64,000 nucleotides of DNA from Candidatus Odyssella sp. (GTDB lineage Bacteria; Pseudomonadota; Alphaproteobacteria; Bin65), in contig JAEULD010000051.1 of NCBI GenBank assembly GCA_016792765.1, forward strand, positions 1,774-65,773, given 5' to 3'. The translations under genes were made by a program, and so were the position numbers. Numbering within the stretch: position 1 is the stretch's first letter; each line of letters opens with the position of its first letter. A model generated the notes under the pieces. The model was not told where the DNA came from. It saw only the letters and a program-made list of their open reading frames with translations, and made no database searches. This document shows positions 57,931-64,000 of the stretch, piece by piece.

Positions 57931-59936
57931 AGCTCGGCGGCAGCGGCAGCGGCAGCGGGCGGACGAGGCCGAGCCGGAGAACGCGGCGCACGAACGGCCT
58001 CGAGCAGTCGAAGAAGCAGGCGCAGAACCGCGAGGCCGAACTCGATCAGCGCAAGGTGTTCACGCGGCGCGCCCTGGTGTTCGGGGGCATCCAGGTGGCC
58101 GCCGCCGCCGCGCTCGTCGGGCGCATGTACCAGCTCCAGGTCGTCGAGGCGAGCGACTACGCGGTCCAGGCCGAGGACAATCGCGTCAATACCCGCCTGC
58201 TGATTCCGCCGCGCGGGCGCCTGCTCGACCGCAACGGCGTGGTGATGGCCGGCAACCGCGAAGACTACCGCGTGTACGTGATCGCGGAGCGCACGCCGAA
58301 TCTGCAGGCCACGATCGGCCGGCTCGGGCAACTTCTCAACATTCCCGAAGACGAGCGCGAGCGGCTGGTGCGCGACATCCGCAAGCGGCGGCGCTGGGTT
58401 CCGTTCCCGGTCGCGGTCGACCTCTCGTGGGATCAGCTGGCGCGCATCGAGGCGAACATCCCGGACCTGCCGGGCGTCGTGGTGGAAAAGGGCCTGACGC
58501 GCCACTACCCGGCGGCGACCGGCACGGCCCATGTCGTCGGTTACGTGGCGCCGCCGACCGAGGACGACCAGGCGCTCGACGGCGATCCGCTGCTCTCGCT
58601 GCCCGAATTCCGGCTCGGCAAGGGCGGGATCGAGCGCGTGCTCGACAAGCCGCTGCGCGGCCAGAGCGGCTACGCGCAGGTGGAGATCAACGCGGCCGGC
58701 AAGGTCCAGCGCGAGCTCGACCGGCGCGAGGGCACCCCCGGCCCGGACGTGACGCTCGCGATCGATCTCGAATTGCAGCGCTACGCGATGGGGCTGCTCG
58801 CGCAGCACGAAAGCGGCGCGGCCGTCCTGCTCGACGTGCATACCGGCGAAGTCCTGGTGCTGGCTTCGCATCCGGGCTTCGATTCGAACGCGTTCGTGGG
58901 CGGCATCGGCGGCGAGCTGTGGCGCAGCCTCAACAACAACCCGACCACGCCGCTGATCAACAAGTGCGTCTCCGGCACCTACGCGCCCGGCTCGACGTTC
59001 AAGATGATGACGGCGCTGGCGGCGCTCGAATCGGGCGCCATCACCGAGCGCACGGCCTATTCCTGCGGCGGCGCGCTGCATCTCGGCGGCGCCGTGCTGC
59101 ATTGCTGGAAGCGCGGCGGCCACGGCAGCCTCGCGGTGCGCGACGCGATCAAGCAGAGCTGCGACGTGTTCTTCTACAATGCCGCGCTGCAGACGGGCGT
59201 CGACAAGTTCGCGCATTACGCCCGGCATTTCGGGTTCGGCGGCCTGACCGGAATCGATCTGCCGCACGAGAAGCCCGGTATCATGCCCGACAGCGCCTGG
59301 AAGCGGTCGAGCTTCAAGAACGATCCCAAGTTCCACGCCGGCGAGCTGGCGATCGTCGGCATCGGGCAGGGCTACATCATCGCCACGCCGCTCCAGCTCG
59401 CGGTGATGACCGCGCGCATCGTGAACGGCGGCCGCGCCGTGAGGCCGTCGATCGTGAAGGCGCCCGAGTCGGCGATCGCGGCGGCCGGGCTGAAGCGGCC
59501 GAGCGCGCTTCCGTCGGTCGGCATCAGCGCGAAATGGCTCGACTACATCACGAGCGCCATGTCGGGCGTCGTCAACGAGCCGGGCGGCACCGCGCAGCGC
59601 GTGCGCATCGATGAGCCCGGGCTGCAGATCGGCGGCAAGACCGGCACGGCGCAGGTGCGGCGCATCACGGCCGCCGAGCGCGCGAAGGGCGTCATCAAGA
59701 ACGAGGACCTTCCCTGGGAGAAGCGCGACAACGCGCTGTTCGTGTGCTTCGGCCCGGTGGCGGCGCCGCGCTACGCGTGCGCCGTCGTCATCGAGCACGG
59801 CGGCGGCGGCAGTGCCGTCGCGGCGCCGGTCGCCCGCGAGCTGATGCTGGAGACGATGAAGAAATACATTCCGCTGTCCGAGCGGAAGCTTCCCGAGCCG
59901 GTGCGGCGCAGCCGGGCCGAGCGCGGGCGGGAATAG
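57927..59936 (+). CDS. mrdA: penicillin-binding protein 2 (elongasome transpeptidase)
   Basis: 669 aa inside track ORF 57246..59936. Its start has an ATGA overlap with the mreD stop. It has SxxK (GSTFK), SCD, and KTGTAQ motifs. Confidence 0.93.
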   Translation: MKLGGSGSGSGRTRPSRRTRRTNGLEQSKKQAQNREAELDQRKVFTRRALVFGGIQVAAAAALVGRMYQLQVVEASDYAVQAEDNRVNTRLLIPPRGRLLDRNGVVMAGNREDYRVYVIAERTPNLQATIGRLGQLLNIPEDERERLVRDIRKRRRWVPFPVAVDLSWDQLARIEANIPDLPGVVVEKGLTRHYPAATGTAHVVGYVAPPTEDDQALDGDPLLSLPEFRLGKGGIERVLDKPLRGQSGYAQVEINAAGKVQRELDRREGTPGPDVTLAIDLELQRYAMGLLAQHESGAAVLLDVHTGEVLVLASHPGFDSNAFVGGIGGELWRSLNNNPTTPLINKCVSGTYAPGSTFKMMTALAALESGAITERTAYSCGGALHLGGAVLHCWKRGGHGSLAVRDAIKQSCDVFFYNAALQTGVDKFAHYARHFGFGGLTGIDLPHEKPGIMPDSAWKRSSFKNDPKFHAGELAIVGIGQGYIIATPLQLAVMTARIVNGGRAVRPSIVKAPESAIAAAGLKRPSALPSVGISAKWLDYITSAMSGVVNEPGGTAQRVRIDEPGLQIGGKTGTAQVRRITAAERAKGVIKNEDLPWEKRDNALFVCFGPVAAPRYACAVVIEHGGGGSAVAAPVARELMLETMKKYIPLSERKLPEPVRRSRAERGRE

Positions 59937-59938
59937 CC

Positions 59939-61084
59939 ATGTCGCTGCTCACCGCGCGCGCGGCGCCGCCCTCGGTCTTCGAGCGGGTCCGGTCGATTCA
60001 CTGGCTGCTGGTGCTGTGCATCGCCGCCGTGGCCGCGATCGGCTGCGTGCTGCTCTATTCGGCCGGCGGCGGCAACTTCAAGCCCTGGGCCGACAAGCAG
60101 ATCCAGCGCTTCGCCGTCGGCTTCGTTCTGATGATGGCGACGGCGCTGCTTCCGCTGCGCGTCTGGTTCAAGCTTGCCATTCCGATCTATCTCGGCTCGG
60201 TGGCGCTGCTGGTTCTCGTCGAATTCGCGGGCCGCCACGGCAAGGGCGCGGTGCGCTGGGTCGATCTCGGCTTCGTCAGCCTGCAGCCCTCCGAGCTGGT
60301 GAAAGTGGCGCTGGTGCTGGCGCTGGCGCGCTACTTCCAGCGCCTCAAGTTCGAGAACATCGGCAAGATCTGGGCGCTGCTCGTCCCGGTCGGAATGGCC
60401 GTGATCCCGGCCGGCCTCGTGCTGAAGCAGCCCGATCTCGGCACCGCCACGATCCTGCTCGCGATCGCGGGTTTCGTGCTGTTCATGGCCGGCGTGCGGG
60501 TGTGGAAGTTCGCGGTCGTCATCGCGGTGGCCGCGGCGGCGGCGCCGTTCGCCTACAACAAGCTGCACGACTACCAGAAAGAGCGCCTGCTCACCTTCCT
60601 CGATCCCGAGCGCGATCCGCTCGGCTCCGGCTATCACATCATCCAGTCGAAGATCGCCTTCGGCTCGGGCGGCCTGCTCGGCAAGGGGTTCCTCGAGGGC
60701 ACGCAGATCCGGCTCAATTTCCTGCCCGAGTTCCATACCGATTTCGTGCTCTCGGTTCTGGCCGAGGAATTCGGGCTCGTCGGCGGCATCGTGCTGCTCG
60801 CCATCTACCTCGCGATCCTGTTCATCACGCTCGCGATCGCGTTCCGCGCGCGCACGCAATTCGCGCGCCTCGTTTCGGGCGGCATGGCCGCGACGCTGTT
60901 CCTGCACATCGTGATCAACATGGCGATGGTGATGGGCGCATTGCCGGTGGTCGGCGTGCCGCTGCCGCTCGTGTCCTACGGCGGCACGGCGATGTTCACG
61001 CTGATGATCGGTTTCGGCCTCGTCTTGAGCGCGCACATCTACCGGAACGAGCGTCTCGGCGGAAAACTGCTCGACGACGATTGA
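59939..61084 (+). CDS. rodA: SEDS-family peptidoglycan polymerase RodA
   Basis: 381 aa inside track ORF 59744..61084, with HTDFVLSVLAEEFG and PLPLVSYGGTAM. Confidence 0.95.
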   Translation: MSLLTARAAPPSVFERVRSIHWLLVLCIAAVAAIGCVLLYSAGGGNFKPWADKQIQRFAVGFVLMMATALLPLRVWFKLAIPIYLGSVALLVLVEFAGRHGKGAVRWVDLGFVSLQPSELVKVALVLALARYFQRLKFENIGKIWALLVPVGMAVIPAGLVLKQPDLGTATILLAIAGFVLFMAGVRVWKFAVVIAVAAAAAPFAYNKLHDYQKERLLTFLDPERDPLGSGYHIIQSKIAFGSGGLLGKGFLEGTQIRLNFLPEFHTDFVLSVLAEEFGLVGGIVLLAIYLAILFITLAIAFRARTQFARLVSGGMAATLFLHIVINMAMVMGALPVVGVPLPLVSYGGTAMFTLMIGFGLVLSAHIYRNERLGGKLLDDD

Positions 61085-61094
61085 GCGCGGCCGC

Positions 61095-61526
61095 TCAATC
61101 CGTGGGCGGGAATCCCGGATACTTCGGCAGATCGTCGGCGAACGTCATCCAGGGAAGCCGCTTCGAATCCCAGTAGTGCAGCGCCGGCGCCAGCGCTTCG
61201 GGCCGGTCGAGGCTGCCGATCGCGATGTCGACCAGGCCGGGAATGTACGAAGCGGTGAAGCTGATCGGCGTGCCGCAAGCGGCGCAGAAGCCGCGCTTCG
61301 CCTCGGGCGAGGAGGCGTATTCGGCGGGGCGCCGCCCAGCGAACGACACCTGCTCTTCCTTGAACATCGCCCAGGCCACGGCGGGGGCGCCGGTGGCGCG
61401 CCGGCACGTGGTGCAGTGGCAAAGTGCAGTCATCAGCGGCGCCCCGGCGATCGCGTAACGCACGGAGCCGCATTGGCAGCCGCCTTCGAGGCGGGACTCG
61501 GACATGGCTTGCCGCGCGGGCGTCAT
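61095..61526 (-). CDS. GFA (glutathione-dependent formaldehyde-activating / CENP-V) family zinc protein
   Basis: Cys motifs GGCQCGSVRY, CHCTTCRR, and FCAACGTP. ATG 61526 makes an ATGA overlap with the upstream small ORF. An alternative start is ATG 61505. Confidence 0.8.
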   Translation of the reverse strand: MTPARQAMSESRLEGGCQCGSVRYAIAGAPLMTALCHCTTCRRATGAPAVAWAMFKEEQVSFAGRRPAEYASSPEAKRGFCAACGTPISFTASYIPGLVDIAIGSLDRPEALAPALHYWDSKRLPWMTFADDLPKYPGFPPTD

Positions 61527-61834
61527 GCGGTGGCCGCCAGAGCCATCGGCGCGCCCGGTGCCGGGCTTGCGGAGGCGGCGAGGGATGCGAAATCGGCGCT
61601 CGTCGCCACGTCCTTGGCGCCGCAATTCGAGCAGCGCAGCCGGGCACCCACCTCGGGGACCGGGAATTCCGGGCCCAAGGTCAGCGTGAGCTGCCGCCCG
61701 TCGATGCGCGCGTGATGGGCGCACCGGTTGCACCAGCAGAGCAGGGCGCCGCCGCGCGCCGCCAGCGCGCCCAGCCGCTCGGGACGGGCGAGACGATCCT
61801 GGGCGGCGATGAAGCGATCCTTGAAACCGGACAT
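61523..61834 (-). CDS. small zinc-ribbon-like hypothetical protein (103 aa)
   Basis: C-terminal part of track ORF 61523..62521. ATG 61834 is preceded by GGAGA. It has CWCNRC ... CSNCG cysteine pairs. Confidence 0.55.
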   Translation of the reverse strand: MSGFKDRFIAAQDRLARPERLGALAARGGALLCWCNRCAHHARIDGRQLTLTLGPEFPVPEVGARLRCSNCGAKDVATSADFASLAASASPAPGAPMALAATA

Positions 61835-61852
61835 TGGGCCGTCTCCGTAAAA

Positions 61853-61867
61853 GAACAAAAATAGAAC
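61853..61867. promoter_or_regulatory. alphaproteobacterial LexA (SOS) box GAAC-N7-GAAC
   Basis: GAACAAAAATAGAAC in an AT-rich patch, 19 nt upstream of the start of the zinc-ribbon ORF (reads GTTCTATTTTTGTTC on the coding strand). Confidence 0.45.
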
Positions 61868-61929
61868 ATATATCGCGCCGGCCGTCAATGCGGTCTTTCT
61901 CCGGCATGAAGCCCGCTCCCGGCACGGGC

Positions 61930-62292
61930 TCAGCCTTGCGACCAGACCAGGCGGGGCTTGTCTTCGAGGAAGCGCAGGATGTCGGCCAGCGAATGGGCGC
62001 GGCGCAGGACGGCGGCGCCCACGGCGACGGCATAGCGCCCGCGCTCGCGCCCGCCGGCCAGCTTCCAGATCGCGAAGACCGGCTGCTCGGACGCGCGCCG
62101 GAACACGGAGAAGACGGCGCCCTTGGGGCCGAAATCGAGCGCGTAGTCGCGCCACTCGCCGCTCATGACGCGGCGGCTGTAGAGGCTGAAAAGCTGGCGA
62201 AGTTCCCGCTTCTCGAAAACCACCCGCCCGTCCGCGGCGGGATGGCGCGGACGGACCCGGCGAATGCTCTCGAGATCGATCAGATCGGCCAT
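61930..62292 (-). CDS. DUF2794 family protein
   Basis: VFEKRELRQLFSLYSRRVMSGEWRDYALDF... is typical of the family. ATG 62292 was chosen; track ORF start 62346 is an alternative. Confidence 0.75.
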   Translation of the reverse strand: MADLIDLESIRRVRPRHPAADGRVVFEKRELRQLFSLYSRRVMSGEWRDYALDFGPKGAVFSVFRRASEQPVFAIWKLAGGRERGRYAVAVGAAVLRRAHSLADILRFLEDKPRLVWSQG

Positions 62293-62479
62293 CGTCCGAT
62301 CGGCCCCTCCCGGCGGAATGAACGACCGGCGATAGTCTTCCGCCAAACCGGCGCTTTGTCCAGACGTTCCGCCGGCCGCGCCCGGGCGAGCGGGGTGCGC
62401 CCGACAGCGGCATGCGCCGGCGCAGCGAACCTCCCATAAGCCTGCGGCCGCGGCCGGGAATATGGCGCAGGGCCTTCCG

Positions 62480-62508
62480 TTGCACGTGCCGCTGGCGCCG
62501 GTCTATAT
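62480..62508 (+). promoter_or_regulatory. sigma70-like promoter candidate
   Basis: TTGCAC (62480-62485), a 17-nt spacer, then CTATAT (62503-62508). It lies 30 nt upstream of the TTG start at 62539. Confidence 0.35.
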
Positions 62509-62538
62509 CTAGCGCCCTCATCCCATCGAGCAGAAGCC

Positions 62539-63246
62539 TTGGCCAGGAACGACAAGAAGCCGCCGGTGCCGGCGCCGGACGACCCTCGCAGCCGCGAGCA
62601 GGAACAGTTCTTCGAAGAGGTTTCCGAAGAGCTGAAGCAGGATCGCTACGCGGAGCTGTGGAAGAAGTACGGCCGCTATTTCGTGGCGTTCGCCGTGGTC
62701 TGCGTGCTCGCGGTCGCCGGATACCAGTATTGGCAGGGCGAGCAGAGGAAGGCGCGCGAGACGGCGAGCGAGCGCTTCGCCGCGGCCCTGGCGCTGGCCC
62801 GCGACGGCAAGACGAAAGAGGCGATCGCGTCCTTCGCCGGCGTCGCGCAAGACGGCCCCAAGGGCTACGCGCAGCTCGCGCGCCTGCAGCAGGCGGCGCA
62901 GCTCCTGAAATCGGGCGACCGCGCCGGCGCCATGCTGGCCTTCGAGCAGCTCGCCAACGACCAAGCGTCGGATCCGCTGTTCCGCGACGTCGCCGTGGTC
63001 CATTGGGCCTATGCCGGCCTCGACGACGCCGATCCCGCCAAGATGACCGAGCGGCTGAAGCCGCTGTTGGCGAAGGAGAATCCGTGGCGCTTCATGGCGC
63101 TCGAATTGTCCGCGCTCTATGCCGAGCGCGCCGGGCGCCGCGCCGACGCGATCCAGCTCCTGACCGACCTCGAGAAGGACAAGGATGCGCCGGCGGCCGC
63201 GCGCGGCCGCGCCAAAGAGCTGCTTGCCATCCTCGGCAAGTCCTGA
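62539..63246 (+). CDS. YfgM-like TPR membrane protein (ancillary SecYEG-associated / DUF2659-like)
   Basis: 235 aa from a TTG start, with a charged N-terminus, a single TM helix (YFVAFAVVCVLAVAGY), and a TPR-like periplasmic domain. It lies upstream of bamB as in many proteobacteria. Confidence 0.7.
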   Translation: MARNDKKPPVPAPDDPRSREQEQFFEEVSEELKQDRYAELWKKYGRYFVAFAVVCVLAVAGYQYWQGEQRKARETASERFAAALALARDGKTKEAIASFAGVAQDGPKGYAQLARLQQAAQLLKSGDRAGAMLAFEQLANDQASDPLFRDVAVVHWAYAGLDDADPAKMTERLKPLLAKENPWRFMALELSALYAERAGRRADAIQLLTDLEKDKDAPAAARGRAKELLAILGKS

Positions 63247-63275
63247 GCCTCGTTCTCCGAAATGGGATTTCGCCG

Positions 63276-64000
63276 ATGACGCGCCGCCTGCTCGCTCTTG
63301 CCGCCGCCGCGCTGTTGCTGCCGGCGTGCAGCACGCTCGAGAGCATCAATCCGTTCGCGGACTCGAAGCCGCCGCGGCTCGAGGGCGAGCGCAAGCCAGT
63401 GCTCGTCGGCGAGGAGCTGGTGCGGCCCGATACGGCGCTGGCCGCGCGGGCGGTGGAATTGCCGCGCCCGACGACGAATCGCGAATGGCCGCAGGCCGGC
63501 GGCTATCCCGATCATGCGATGCACCACCTGACGCTGTCCGAGCGTCCGCAGCGCGCTTGGCAGGCCAGCATCGGGCCGGGCACGCGCGGCTCGGGATTCT
63601 GGCGCACCTTCGGCCTCTCGGTGCCGCGCCGCCTCATCGCGCAGCCGATCGTGGCCGAGGGCAAGCTGTTCGCGCTCAACAGCGACGGCGAGGTCGTGGC
63701 GCTCAACGCCGCCACCGGCGGCGCGCTGTGGCGCGTGAACATCCTCCCCAAGGACGAAGAGCAGGGCGACGTCGGCGGCGGCGTCGGCTACAGCGCGGGC
63801 GTCGTCTACGTCGCGACCGGCGGCGCCGAAGTGCTCGCGCTCAACGCCGGAACCGGCGCCATCGTCTGGCGTGCGGCGCTCGACGCGCCGGCGCGCGGCG
63901 CGCCCACGATCTCGGGCGGGCGGATCTACGTCGTCACGACCGAGAACGAGCTCGTCGCGCTCGATCCGGCGAACAAGGGCGCGCGGCTGTGGAACTTCGC
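63276..64000 (+). CDS. bamB: outer membrane protein assembly factor BamB (5' partial; runs off the window)
   Basis: My own translation from ATG 63276 gives MTRRLLALAAAALLLPACS (lipobox). PQQ-like beta-propeller repeats follow (GEVVALNAATGGALWR, EVLALNAGTGAIVWR, ELVALDPANKGARLW). There is no stop before the window end. Confidence 0.85.
   Translation, partial: MTRRLLALAAAALLLPACSTLESINPFADSKPPRLEGERKPVLVGEELVRPDTALAARAVELPRPTTNREWPQAGGYPDHAMHHLTLSERPQRAWQASIGPGTRGSGFWRTFGLSVPRRLIAQPIVAEGKLFALNSDGEVVALNAATGGALWRVNILPKDEEQGDVGGGVGYSAGVVYVATGGAEVLALNAGTGAIVWRAALDAPARGAPTISGGRIYVVTTENELVALDPANKGARLWNF

Noticed and set aside
57927-58060. Basic ~45-aa N-terminal extension of PBP2 (MKLGGSGSGSGRTRPSRRTRRTNG...), considered as a possible mis-called start or separate small ORF.
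   Set aside because: The ATG overlaps the mreD stop (ATGA), consistent with translational coupling. The only alternative is an internal GTG just before the TM helix. I kept the longer call and do not regard the extension as a distinct feature.

Overview
This is a very GC-rich segment (third codon positions almost all G/C; exact percentage not computed) from the chromosomal core of an alphaproteobacterium. It looks most like Hyphomicrobiales/Rhizobiales, based on a two-piece permuted tmRNA, a GAAC-N7-GAAC SOS box, CTATAT -10 boxes, and hflKC-DUF2065-degP / serB<>miaA-ilvIH synteny.

I call about 66 protein genes:
- 1-10.7 kb: a complete Tad/Cpa (Flp) pilus assembly locus, cpaA-B-C-D-E-F-tadB-tadC, plus a TPR lipoprotein.
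- 10.9-26.5 kb: mixed housekeeping genes and unknowns. These are ornithine decarboxylase, DUF1491, an EamA transporter, hppD plus a FAH-family hydrolase, an extensin-like lipoprotein plus two L,D-transpeptidase paralogs, thyX, ssrA (tmRNA) plus sspB, a class-III aminotransferase, tag, and a GST.
- 26.6-31.6 kb: guaA, a GNAT acetyltransferase, an rsmB-like methyltransferase, and guaB.
- 31.9-55.2 kb: two unknowns, maiA, TRAP dctPQM, apbC/mrp, hflK-hflC-DUF2065-degP, serB, miaA, ilvI-ilvH, a hydrolase, an argD-like gene, MFS, TauE, ilvC, a hydroxylase, and leuA.
- 55.4-64 kb: mreB-mreC-mreD-mrdA-rodA, then a zinc-ribbon/GFA pair, DUF2794, a YfgM-like protein, and the 5' part of bamB.

I saw no rRNA or tRNA genes, CRISPR arrays, transposases, integrases, or recognisable defence or toxin modules. 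I did not find a convincing novel multi-gene system.

The most interesting signals are at the RNA or regulatory level:
- a permuted tmRNA next to its adaptor gene sspB;
- a 127-bp palindromic (RIME/MITE-like) element with perfect arms, wedged between ilvI and ilvH;
- a rare-codon, Leu-rich leader ORF plus a hairpin in front of leuA;
- an SOS (LexA) box in front of a zinc-ribbon/GFA operon;
- a possible speF-type leader in front of ornithine decarboxylase;
- a CpaE with a tandemly duplicated receiver-like domain.

All functional names come from my reading of the translated ORFs (motifs and remembered family signatures), not from database searches. Many long ORFs in the supplied track are antisense or out-of-frame artefacts of the high GC content and were ignored.
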